From NCBI GenBank assembly GCA_000002445.1, contig CH464491.1, positions 4,288,001 through 4,352,000 on the forward strand: DNA of 64,000 bases, read 5' to 3'. Below are positions 11,166 to 22,133 of this stretch, one piece after another; position 1 is the first letter of the stretch; each line of letters starts with the position of its first letter. A program made the translations under genes and the position numbers. The DNA is from Trypanosoma brucei. Taxonomy: Eukaryota. A model generated the notes under the pieces. The model searched no databases, was not told the origin of the DNA, and saw only the letters and a program-made list of their open reading frames with translations.

Positions 11166-11566
11166 TCACAAATTCGGGACAGGTACGATACCTGTACTTG
11201 CAGCAATTCGCTTAAGCAGCTTATGTATATGTTGCCTGTACTTTTTTAGGGGTGCGAATAGGAGGGAGCTTATAGTAAAAGAGCGAGGTGGTCCAAACGG
11301 GTGAACAATCTTATGGTGCAGTTGTGGAGTAAATATTAAAACATTTAAACGGACCGCATACGACTTTAGGTAATGATGTCTTCATACACACGAGCGCCAA
11401 CACAAGTCCAGATCTAACAATCATCACCCACGTAACTGCGCACACTATAGTGCACAGCGCAAAGCACATGTTTGAGCATGTGTCATCGTCACTACATCGT
11501 TTGGCTTTCTGCAAATGCGCTTCACAGGGGCTGTGGCGCCCCCGTGCGGCTCCGCATGCGACAAAG

Positions 11567-12049
11567 CTACTTCACTTTCTTTTTCAACTTTAGTTTCTTC
11601 TTCACTACACCTGAGGAGACGGGTAGGCTGACCTCCTTTTTCGCCGTTGAATGTCGTGACATCGTAACTCCAGTGTGAACACGAGACTTTCTGCCACTTG
11701 CGCAATCCACACAGAAACCCATCACTCGGCATTCCTTAGTACAGGTAGGGCAACGCCACAGCACACCCTTACGCTCCTCAAAGCCTTCATAAATGTCAAC
11801 TGGCGACTCGTGGCCGAGGCGGATCTTCATCTTTCCCTTCATCTTGGGCCGTGTTTTTTTCAGGTGTACGGACTTCCGCTCAGATGGAATGACTGGAGGT
11901 AATACTCCGCCGTTGGCATCCATCGCACTCTTTCGCTTCTGTCGCTGCCGCCGCGTTTTGGAAACCATCGTTGATATAAGAGGTCTACTCACTTCCGCAA
12001 CTAATATTCCCTTCAACACACTTTCCCTCTCTTCGCAATCACACCTCAC
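11567..12049 (-). CDS. Small basic zinc-ribbon protein (C-x2-C...C-x2-C), 160 aa, with an alternative start at Met27
   Basis: CPTCTKECRVMGFCVDCASG forms a four-Cys ribbon. The protein is K/R-rich (MVSKTRRQRQKRKS..., ...KKKLKLKKKVK), suggesting a nucleic-acid-binding or nucleolar role. Confidence 0.45.
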   Translation of the reverse strand: MRCDCEERESVLKGILVAEVSRPLISTMVSKTRRQRQKRKSAMDANGGVLPPVIPSERKSVHLKKTRPKMKGKMKIRLGHESPVDIYEGFEERKGVLWRCPTCTKECRVMGFCVDCASGRKSRVHTGVTMSRHSTAKKEVSLPVSSGVVKKKLKLKKKVK

Positions 12050-12388
12050 AGCCTTTCCCGTTCCCTCGCCACTACCCTTCTCGCCGCAAACCTTACTACT
12101 GAGAAGACGGCTTCTCAGTAAGCTTTCATTTGGATAAGAAATGAAAAAAAAGAGTAGGGAAAGGGGAGTATCAAGGAAAATGGAAGAAAACGTACATGAA
12201 GGTCAGCTGACAAGCATTCTCTTCCTTCTCATGCAAGTAAAACAACGATAACTACGAGCTAATTCTCGACAATTGGAAACAGTAAAATTGCGTAGCCCCG
12301 TGGATCGCTGCCGATACCGTGACCTTTTAAAGCTACGCTATTCACTAGTGGGACATGGAATAATCTTCTTCCTGATTCCTTCACCGAG

Positions 12389-14617
12389 TTAATAGAAGGA
12401 AAACCGGGGCTCTTCACCCTTCTCTTGAGCGTCCTTGATGCGCTTCTCGTACTTGGGTGCGAGCTCCTTCGCTTGCTTCCACGCATATTCCTTCATTGGT
12501 TCCGTTAGGCGATTATAGTACTTATTCTTCATCTTTTCCAACTTCTTAGGATCATGCGCCTTCATTGCAATATTCATCATTGACGCTGGACCAATGAGAG
12601 CGAGATTACCCGCTGTCACATCACTGTTTGGTAGTCGCATGTTCTTCCGTGGGTCGTTAAACCAGTGATCCTTCTTGAAGAGGTCCTCACTATCAAGCAA
12701 TTTGTCGTCCTCATCGTCGTCATCCTCGAAGGTGATGGCCTTGTTTTGCATCCGTTTCACCTCAGCAGTGTCGTACCCAACCTTGTCCATACGACTTATC
12801 CAATAGGCCGTACTCAAGGGCGACGCAATGGCCTCTTCACCGTGACCGTCACTAAGACGACTCTGGCGCTCATGCAATTCTGCCTCAGCTATAGTCGCTT
12901 CATCCGCCTCCTCATCGAGAAGAGTAACGTTGGACGCAAGTCGACCTGTGACACCTTCCGATGTAAACCTCACGCGCCGTCCTTTTCTCAGCAACAGACT
13001 ACGTGACTTATAGTCAACAATATTCTCTTCCCCATCACGTATAAGGTACCGGTTACCATCATCCCCCTCAATAACAGCTTGCGCCTCCAGTGGTGACCAC
13101 GTGACTATCATTCCTTCAATCCAAGCTGCAGCAGCCGGAGGTGCCGCTACCACAGCGGCACACTCAACACCGCTTGAGCCGCAAGAAACACTTCTGTCAG
13201 TCACAAACGCCACGTCACGTATCCCCAAGGTAGAAGCTGTGCTAGTCGTATCTCTCACCGCCAAAGAAAGAACGCTGATCTCCTTGGCGTTCCGGCGGTC
13301 CTTGGGATCAACATTAAAACACACAACAGCCCCTCGAATAGAGCTGCTTTTCTGGTCGATAAGCTGCACAAAATCAGCAGCAGAACGGATGTAATACAGA
13401 CGTCTGTTTCCCGTTTCAATAATGCCCTGTCCACCGCTCCATCGAGTGACCACACCATAGAGCGGACCAGACGGAAGAGGTTCATCGCTTTCGTCAGCCG
13501 CATCATCAAACAGCGTACCGAATTGCTTTGTCCGTTTCGCTTGGTGCGCTTCGGCGGACTCCTTCACCTTAGCCTCAACCGCGCTAGCACGCGCCCCCTC
13601 AAAGTTTATTTCACCCGAAACAGTAATGTTCTCGGCGAACACTTTTGATGGATGTGCAGTGTACGTTACCTTTTTAAAAGTGACAATGCGTCCCACCAAA
13701 TCCAAAGCCGTTGGGAGTGCGGTGTCGAAAGCATCTACATTGCGTATAATACAAACATTTCCCTCCGGTCCCTCCATTGCAAGAGGGGCGGAGGATGGAG
13801 AATCGGGGAGCGCGGTCACATCGCATAACACAACTCCGCTACGGTACAGTTGGGACCACGCGAGCACAATTCCCGTTTGCTCCGTTGCTAAAACCGTCCT
13901 CTTTTGGGCCTCGGCAACCTTCAGCTCCCGCCGCCGCCTCTCCAGTTCTTCACGTGCCTTCTTCTCGTCCCCAAATCGTCGTCGTAAGCGTAACAATTCT
14001 TTAGTATCACTGTCCAGTACAACGGTGTTTCGGAGGTCCTTTAAGCCAAGCGGGGCTGGAATGCCTCCCATTAAAATACCATCTTCAGCCTCCCACATGT
14101 CCACTGCATCGCTGTTACGGTTACGGTTGCAGTTGCGGTCGCTGTCAGGGAGCAATGACAGACTGTCAAGGTCCACCACAATGTTCCCAGCAAACAACTC
14201 GGGTTGCAATGGCGTTGGTACCGCTTGCCGTTCGGGTAATGTAGCTTTCATTCCTCCCCGAAGGGAACTGGGTGTATCTTTTTCCTCTTGCCGTGTATCT
14301 GAGCGGAAGACGGCAAGAAAGTCCACAGGAGTGGGCTGCATGTAGCTTTTCGCAGTGATCTCGTCCACACGGTTGCGTGTGATAACGCTATCGGTTTCCC
14401 TCGCGCTACTGATTGCCATAAACTCGACGTGAGCTCCAACTAAAGAATGTATTTGCGTCGGTAGAATTGTCTCAAAGGCCCGAGCGTTAGGAATTGCATA
14501 CGTCTTCTGATCCTCGGCGCAAACGATGGAACCGCGGCGCTCGAAGGGATGCCATGAGATTACTGTCCCACGCAATTTCTTCTTGGGAGCAGCCAACAAC
14601 AGAGTGGTCCAGCGCAT
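12389..14617 (-). CDS. Protein with four cold-shock-domain-like OB-fold repeats (Unr/CSDE1-like architecture), 742 aa
   Basis: Four repeats carry the core G-x-V/I-x-W-x-x-x-x-G-x-I: GTVISWHPFERRGSIV, GIVLAWSQLYRSGVVL, YGVVTRWSGGQGIIET and GMIVTWSPLEAQAVIEG. Each is followed by a Y-I-R/F-V element as in cold-shock domains (GTVKWFN..KGFGFI). Confidence 0.65.
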   Translation of the reverse strand: MRWTTLLLAAPKKKLRGTVISWHPFERRGSIVCAEDQKTYAIPNARAFETILPTQIHSLVGAHVEFMAISSARETDSVITRNRVDEITAKSYMQPTPVDFLAVFRSDTRQEEKDTPSSLRGGMKATLPERQAVPTPLQPELFAGNIVVDLDSLSLLPDSDRNCNRNRNSDAVDMWEAEDGILMGGIPAPLGLKDLRNTVVLDSDTKELLRLRRRFGDEKKAREELERRRRELKVAEAQKRTVLATEQTGIVLAWSQLYRSGVVLCDVTALPDSPSSAPLAMEGPEGNVCIIRNVDAFDTALPTALDLVGRIVTFKKVTYTAHPSKVFAENITVSGEINFEGARASAVEAKVKESAEAHQAKRTKQFGTLFDDAADESDEPLPSGPLYGVVTRWSGGQGIIETGNRRLYYIRSAADFVQLIDQKSSSIRGAVVCFNVDPKDRRNAKEISVLSLAVRDTTSTASTLGIRDVAFVTDRSVSCGSSGVECAAVVAAPPAAAAWIEGMIVTWSPLEAQAVIEGDDGNRYLIRDGEENIVDYKSRSLLLRKGRRVRFTSEGVTGRLASNVTLLDEEADEATIAEAELHERQSRLSDGHGEEAIASPLSTAYWISRMDKVGYDTAEVKRMQNKAITFEDDDDEDDKLLDSEDLFKKDHWFNDPRKNMRLPNSDVTAGNLALIGPASMMNIAMKAHDPKKLEKMKNKYYNRLTEPMKEYAWKQAKELAPKYEKRIKDAQEKGEEPRFSFY

Positions 14618-17600
14618 GGCAACTTCAACTAAACCCTATGCGATTCCTTCTCTTTTTGTTTCTCTTACGGCTCACGCGCAAGCGAACGGGCCCACAGAGC
14701 GTATTTCTTTTTATTTCCCTCCACTGATGAAGTTACTTCTTCGGTGATTGCGGCGGAGGCGCTGGTCCACAGGTGTACACAGTAAACCGCGTTGCAAAAA
14801 GAGGAGGCCGCAGAAGGGGGGAGGGAAAGAAAGGAATAAGAACACAATGGCATGTTTTAGGAAGAAGAAACAAAAATAAATAAAAAAATAAATAGGAGCA
14901 GCAAAGAAGCACCACTAATGAAATCCAAACACACGAGCACAACGAAGCAGCACAAATGGGAAGTGACGCATGCACGGAGAGTTTGTATATATATATATAT
15001 ATACGTGCTTTGGCGGAACAATTTGTTGTTTCACTTGAAAATCTGGTGAAGCTCAATACAGAGAGGAGATGGAAAAGTATTCTTGAAGTGAAAGAAAGAG
15101 ATTTGAAAAAACAAAAAAAACGAGAATAAGGAGAAGGGACACGCACTTCATACAACAACATGATGCACTGAACACACACGACCACGTGCACCTGCAGTTA
15201 CTTCGCCCTTCTCCTCCTCTTCCTCCTCTACAATGAGTTGAAACGTAACAGTCACGCAACGAATGGGGGGGGGGAATTCACCGTGAGTAATCACACGTTA
15301 TGAAGGAGGGAGGGAGGGGGGGGGGCGGAGGAAATCCACGTACCTCAAAACACGTACCAAATAGAAAAAGAAAAGAAAAAGAAAGGGGGAGATCAACATC
15401 GACATTAAATCAACAACAACATCGACAACGACAACAACAAAAGAGCGACAGAACAACAGGACATAAAAAAAAAAAAGTAAGGTCTTCTCTAATTGAGCTA
15501 CACGTATAATAGACATGAAATGAACCTTCATATCTCCTCTTTGACCCCTGCCCCACTATCAAAAATAAATAGATTTCAAACCTCTCCCCTCTCCCTTCTT
15601 TTTCTTCCCCCTTTTTCTAACTCTCATTATCCCGTTCCTCTTCATCCACCTTAGTGATTCGCCCTTCTCGCATTGATTATCATTGTTATCCTCTTTCTTC
15701 CTGTTTCTGTTTCTGTTTCCCTTTTCCTTTTTTTTTTTTGATGCCTCCCCTCGAGAACCGCGTTTTAATTACCGATTCCCTCTCTTTTCTTTAACTCTTA
15801 TCTTTCTTTTGTTTTTCTTCTCTATTATTATTATTATTATTATATTTTTCCCCCTTTGGCCCGCACGCTCTCTTTCTAGAGAAGGGACCAACTTGATAGG
15901 GAGGAGGAAGAAGAGAAGGTCATGGGAAAACAACACACGGCAGAAAATTACCTTCCATGGCGAAATGAAAGGTACAAATAAGTCGGTAAAAATAAAACAA
16001 ACCATTTGCGAAATCGCTTTACTCTTATCACCCAGTGAAATGCACACAAGCGCATATGGACAAATGTACGCTGAGAAATAAACACCGCCAGCAGTGCTGT
16101 AAACTTAATCACTATTTTTTTTTCATTTTAATTACCTTCCTTTTCATCTATCTCACTTCATTCATTTCCCCCGTACACTTTTTGACTTCTCTTTCTCTTT
16201 CTACATTTTTAATGTTGTTACACCTGCTCTCATATTTTTATTCCCTTTTCTTTCTTGTAGTTTCCTCCATACACACACACGCACTCCCACCTAACTCCTT
16301 TATTTCTTTTCTTTTACTTCCCTCTTTTTCTTTTTTTCTCCCTCCTCCCCATCTTCTTCCCACCAGCGGCTTGTTTCCCTCTAACTCATGTGTCGCGATC
16401 CCCCCACACAAAAAAAAAAACTTTTCCTTCTTTATTTCTTTTTTTTCTTTCTTCGCCCCTCACAAAACCAACACACTCACAAAACGCCGGATATTAAACC
16501 CCACCCCGCCTCTCTCAGCGCAAAATACATCATTACCGGCTCAGTGACTACTCATTATTTATATATATATAGAGAGAGAGGGAGAGAGGGTAAAACTAAA
16601 TACAAGAGAGGGATGGAAAAAAGAAAAAAAAAGAAAGGAGGAGTGACTTTGAAAAAAAAATTTCCATCCCATCAACATCCTCTTCACTTGCCCTCTTTTT
16701 TTTTTCGTTTCGTTTCGCTTCGTTTCGTTTTTTTTTTGAAAAATTATTCCTCCTCCTCCTCCTTCCACCACACTCCACCACTTCCCTATTTTTTTTTCTT
16801 TCTTCTTTTCTTTTACTTGTTCCACTTTTTGGCTTTGTTTTATTTTGTCTTATATTTATCTCTTTTTTTTTGTTTTTTTTGTTTTTTTTGCAGTTTGTTT
16901 TGTTTTTATTCCCGCTTTTGTCCCCTTTCCATCTCTTTTTTTTTTTCATATAATAACAAACACACCTAACATAAACACAACCAGAGACGCTTAGTAACTG
17001 GCAGTTATACAAAATATAAACAAATATATAGATTTATATTTATTTATATATATTCATATATATATGTATATATATATATATACATGTAAACAGGTGAATA
17101 GAAAAAGAACACGCGCTCTCCTTCTCTCCCCTTTTCTTCTTTTGCGGTGTGTTTTCCTCTTGGAAAGGATAAGATCAAAAACGGCATTTTTTAAAAAAAA
17201 TTTATTTTGTTTTTCTTGTTTTCCCCTGTGCTGCCCTTTCTTTTCAGTCTTTTTCATCCTTCATAAACTCCACTCAGCACGTAAAGGGATAAAATGAGAG
17301 CATATGCGAAAATGGGGGAAATCATTTATTCGCATTATTTATTTATTTTAATTTCCTTTTTTTTTTCCCTTCCCCTGCAGCCATAAAACCGATATCATCA
17401 CCTCAGTGTGAACAAAGTTGCTGAATGAACGCACACGCTGGCGTGCAGAAGAAAAAAAAAACAAAATCAACAAAGAATCACGGACAAGAAAAGCAAAAAA
17501 ATGGAACATGACATGCGCGGTAACAAAAAAGAAAAAAAGAAAAAAAAAGGAACATGGGAACATGTGAAGGGAAAGATAAGGAACTGTAATTGAAGTCAAC

Positions 17601-18131
17601 AGTAATGACGACAATACCAAAAGGAGAAACGCTTTGATTGATTGATTGTTTGTTTGTTTTTGAAAGTGAATGTGCGAAGAAACGAAATAAATACGTACAT
17701 ATGAACATGAAAGCGACGCCACACACAAGCATACATGATATATTTCCGAGGAAAAAGAAGCGAGAGTATGAGTGAACGCAGAGCAAAATAAGAAAAGGGC
17801 AGAAAAGCCGAGGAGGGAGTGACATTCTTCGCATAACCACTCACGCACCAGCAGCACGTGCTACAGGAGAAGAAAAAAAAATTTACAATCCTTCATGCCA
17901 TGAAGTAGGGATCCTACGACAAGCATAGGGAAGAAACGAGGGGGGGAGGGGAAATAATAATAATATTTGAGAAAAATCCAAAATCTACAGCCACCTAACC
18001 AACCATTTTATTCATCGCCAGTTGAACTTTCACCTATCTCCATCACACACATACACACACCCAAATGAGGGGGGGGGAAACAGCTTTTTTTTAAAAAAAC
18101 CACAACCAACGATATTCGTATCCCCGCAAAG
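14618..18131. repeat. 3.5-kb low-complexity intergenic spacer with pyrimidine-rich tracts, (GTTTC)n-like and (TA)n repeats and G-runs
   Basis: No credible ORF. Contains cgtttcgtttcgcttcgtttcgtttttttttt (about 16700-16735), (TA)n at 14985-15001 and 17070-17090, and G-rich elements at 15265-15330. Confidence 0.7.
15265..15330 (+). repeat. G-rich cluster: a G10 run plus GGAGGGAGGGAGGGGGGGGGGCGGAGG, a G-quadruplex-capable motif
   Basis: Seen directly. It has at least four G3+ tracts with short loops on the plus strand, which is the non-transcribed strand if the array is transcribed as minus. Confidence 0.8.
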
Positions 18132-20483
18132 TCAAGCCAATTCACGTTTGTGACCACAGAAAGCACAAAATTTCACTTTATCATCAAGGTGACGTTTACC
18201 ACATTCCGTACAGAATGGCACTAACTGTTTCGTTGGTTGCTGTTGAGCGGGTGCCACACATCGTACCGTGTTGAGTGTAGTTGCCTGAGGGCGATCTGTC
18301 GCTAATGGACGCATTGACTCGCGTTCCGTCGACGCTGTGGGCGATAACGATGTGAAACTTTTCCGACGAATCTTAAGATTCCCAACTGTGGAACGCTGTC
18401 GAACGGTGGTCACAGCCACAACGGCGGCATTAGCAGTCGCAGTAACCACAGGGGCGTTGGAAGCAGTAGCAGTAGTAGTAGTAGTATTAGTAACCGTAGT
18501 TTGTCCGAGTTTGTAATGTGAATTCTTCACGCGGCGACCGTCCTTGTCGTAGATTGGGTAAGGCGATTCACCGTGGGACAGAGGGCTTGTTTGATTATGG
18601 CTACTTCCAAAATTAATAATGGTTCGTTGCTGAGTGAGTGGTTCAACTCCCGTCCGCGGAAAAGATGACCTGTGCACAACCCCATTGCGACGCTCCGTTC
18701 TCGCTGTTCCAGCAGTCGGTTGTATCTGCGTTCTCAATGGTTTAACCTTGCCATCCCCCGCAGAGCCTCCAGGAGATTTCAACGATGCGTTTGTAACTTT
18801 CCCGGAACGCTGCTTAGCCGGTTGTTGAGTGCGCGTGGCTACTCCGGCTTGTGAAACCTTCTTTTTCTTTTCTGCTTGTGGACTCGTAGCTGTAGTCGTT
18901 GCTGACTGATTTTTCGTCAGGGGTTGTTGTGTGGTCTGCAAGTGGAGCTGCACGCTTCCGCTTTTGCGATTCACTTCGTCTCGCGTTAAAAATCCATCGG
19001 CATGACTCGCTGGCGTGAGTGCAATGGTACTTACTGGGGAAGTTCGCGTCTCGCTGGTCTGCCGATTTCTCCGCACCTCTGGTGGAGTGACTTTCCCTCT
19101 GCTCTCACTTTCTCTCTCTGCTATGACGGTTGAAGGCATAGGTGCAAACGGCTCTGTAGCTTTTGACGCATGCGGCGCAGCTCGCTTTACAGTCGTGTTA
19201 GACAGTACGGAAGTGTCCATACTGTGCCTCAGGTGAGAATGGGATTCATATCCCTCTAAAGGTTTGGCGCTGAGCAAACGCCGCGCATCCTCCTCCCCCA
19301 TATGTCGACGGGCGTCAACAGTTAAAATAATAATAGGTGGTGAGGAAGAGCGACCACTCGGGCGACCAGAAGACGGCCTGCCGCCACCAACTGTCCTCTT
19401 TCCTTGATTTCCTGCTCTCTTAACACTCTTAACGTCACCAGCGGAGGAAAGAAGTTGATCCTGTGGATCGTCCTTGCTTGATGCAGGGCTAACACTGGAA
19501 TTCATGCCACGGTTATTTCCATTATTAGCACGGCCACCACCATTTGCCACCGTGGCCTTCCCGTTGCCATAATGCTGCTCCGCGGTCAACTCCTTTGACG
19601 TAGTCAACACTTGTGTCGCCGCTGGCGGGTTTTTACCGGCATTCACGTCTTTCTTGACTGATAAGCTTTCTGCAGACGCGCATGTTGCTAAACTATTCGG
19701 CGCCAGACACTGAGACTGCCGAGCTGGAGACTCCCCATTCTTTTTGTTCGATGAAGCCATCCAAAGGCCGTTCCGCTTTGTCTTGGGCGATGTAAGTTTG
19801 TTAGCAGATCCCTTGCACCGTTGACGTCGCGAGGAGTTAATTGCTTCCATGAGGGGATCCGGTACCGTTAATGATGTTGCCGCACGCTCGAACATCTGAA
19901 GCCTCAGAACCTCGCGAGTGAGATGCACGCCTACGGATTGTGTGCGAAGGTACTGCTCCGGGCCCTGATCGTCGTATGACGCTCTTCTACCAGTGGTGTG
20001 TGCCGAATGCGTACTAGCCATCGTGGAGCCAATTCTCATCATCCGCTCCTTGTTTTCCCGCTGCATCTCCTCTAGGTTTTTGAGAGCCTTCTCCAACTCC
20101 TGACGTTGTCGTTCCTCCTCGGCCGCGTCCACCGGACCACAAAAGTCGCGCCGGCGCCTTCGTCTCGAGTAAGACAGTCTGCTAACAAGGCTGATGGAAT
20201 CATCATTCGCATCAGCGTCTATTGTGCTATCAATTGTTGTGTCCATCCTATGGAGAGTGCTGGGTGTGGGACGAAAGGGGCTAACCTTTCGGCTCTCCAT
20301 GTCGTACGGACTATGCCTGCTTGGTGGTTGCTCCAAATGAATAATGGGATTCGTTACCGAGTCGTTAAAGTCTCCCTGTGGGATCAACACCGAGCAGCTA
20401 CCTTCATCGTACTGACGAACGGACGTAGCCATTCGGCTCAAAGGCACTGCCTCAGTCTTAAGCCCCCCATCAGTTTCGGTCAT
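18132..20483 (-). CDS. Large S/T/P/Q-rich, predominantly disordered protein with a C-terminal double C-x2-CG zinc ribbon, 783 aa
   Basis: Long ORF. The body is low-complexity (T/S/P/A/Q runs). The C-terminus is FCTECGKRHLDDKVKFCAFCGHKREL. Confidence 0.6.
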   Translation of the reverse strand: MTETDGGLKTEAVPLSRMATSVRQYDEGSCSVLIPQGDFNDSVTNPIIHLEQPPSRHSPYDMESRKVSPFRPTPSTLHRMDTTIDSTIDADANDDSISLVSRLSYSRRRRRRDFCGPVDAAEEERQRQELEKALKNLEEMQRENKERMMRIGSTMASTHSAHTTGRRASYDDQGPEQYLRTQSVGVHLTREVLRLQMFERAATSLTVPDPLMEAINSSRRQRCKGSANKLTSPKTKRNGLWMASSNKKNGESPARQSQCLAPNSLATCASAESLSVKKDVNAGKNPPAATQVLTTSKELTAEQHYGNGKATVANGGGRANNGNNRGMNSSVSPASSKDDPQDQLLSSAGDVKSVKRAGNQGKRTVGGGRPSSGRPSGRSSSPPIIILTVDARRHMGEEDARRLLSAKPLEGYESHSHLRHSMDTSVLSNTTVKRAAPHASKATEPFAPMPSTVIAERESESRGKVTPPEVRRNRQTSETRTSPVSTIALTPASHADGFLTRDEVNRKSGSVQLHLQTTQQPLTKNQSATTTATSPQAEKKKKVSQAGVATRTQQPAKQRSGKVTNASLKSPGGSAGDGKVKPLRTQIQPTAGTARTERRNGVVHRSSFPRTGVEPLTQQRTIINFGSSHNQTSPLSHGESPYPIYDKDGRRVKNSHYKLGQTTVTNTTTTTATASNAPVVTATANAAVVAVTTVRQRSTVGNLKIRRKSFTSLSPTASTERESMRPLATDRPQATTLNTVRCVAPAQQQPTKQLVPFCTECGKRHLDDKVKFCAFCGHKRELA

Positions 20484-22133
20484 TATGACGGGTCCGGCAG
20501 GTATTCAAGGAAGCGGTTTGTTATACTATTTTTTCAAATCTAATGTTTTTAGCCGCGACTAATACTAAACGTAGTCCGGAAACTATAAGGCAACGAGAGC
20601 AAAAGCGAATTGAAAGAAAACGTACAAAAGACAAACAGTTGTGACCAACTACAACCAACCCCCTCGAAAAAAATCTAAAGTATGATCCCTTTCGGCCGAT
20701 GCAACTGAACGGAAGACGGGAGCCCCACATTAACGCTTATCATTACCAAGAAATAAAGCAGTTTAGGCATACACAACTGTCTCAAAGACATTGGGGAACG
20801 TATATCGGTCAACTTGTACATTGGCATTCGACCGAATCTATGGAATCTAGTGCTCGTCCGCGGGAACAAATAGAAACTTCACGACATACAGATGTGCTAA
20901 CTTGCACTGATACGGTGCTCAGTGGTAAGCAGAACCACAGCATACGTGAAAACTAGCACGGCTGCATGACATGTCTTTTCCAAAAGCTCTGAATTCCTCG
21001 ATACGGACATGATAGCTCGACACCCCTAGAGCAAATTAGAGCTTGTGCATGTTACTGACGCACAGTACGAAGAGTTTGCCCAAATTTTGGGGCCTGTCGT
21101 GTTCGTCTGTGAAACTTTGTAACGAATTCATGCCGGTCCCGAAACATCTCCCAGAATCCGTCTTTTCACACAACCTTATCAAAAAAAAAAAATGGTGCAG
21201 GAAGGGGGGGGGGAAGTGCTCCCGAAACCGTTGAGGTGGACTCATATTCAAAATTGGGGCAACCGTTAATAAATGAACGACAGTAAAAGTAGCGATGCTG
21301 TGTTCCTTCACCTTGCAGAGCTTGCAGAACTAAAGAATAACTACAAGTCACTACATACACATGAGCCCCCTCCCCTCGGAGAAACATATCGGGATTCACA
21401 GTGCCACGTGCTTAACGCTCAGCCGCCATTATTCACTGAAGTAGCAACTCAAAGTGGATGCATCTTATTGCCACAAAAGCAATCGATTTTTCCGTATATT
21501 GATGAAAACTCACAGAAAAATAACTTACATCACCTGCCGTTCGTTCGCCCTGAGTTGTCAGCTGGGAGTCAGCAGTGAGGCGCCGATGAGGATCGGGGCT
21601 CTGAAGGGTACCTTCCGCGACAGTTGATTATTGACAGCAAACATTCGGCATTGCTCGACCACATCGGCAGCGCGTAAATATGACCATAAGCAACTAAACA
21701 CGTCGACAATAGCAAAGAAACACAAAAGGTATAAGAGAAAATGAACATAAGCACAAACACAAACGCAAACACACGATTTCGTCGGGTAGAGGCGCACCAC
21801 GTGGAAAACAAAGAGGAAAAGGAATGTTTGAATTAATAAAATAAAACAAGCGGCACTTTGCAGAACCGCTATACCGATAAAGTGAAATAAGGGACAATAT
21901 CTACACTTTAAACCGTAGGGCGTCGCCCCTGATTTGTATTTGCCCTATTTTGTGTTTTTGGTTTCTTTCCGGAAACGCCCACTCCATCCCTAAGACTCAT
22001 TCAAAACCTCGGACCCAGCAATGGTTAAAGTGATAATAGTAATAATGATCGGAAAGAGATGAGTATGAAGGAATAAAAACAGGCAGCTCCCAACATTAGT
22101 GCTCCTAGGAAACAGATGTTTATTACGCCGCCA

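Noticed and set aside
13626-14345. 239-aa plus-strand ORF inside the four-CSD gene
   Set aside because: Antisense shadow ORF. It is Ser/Arg-rich with no domain and breaks the otherwise uniform strand orientation.
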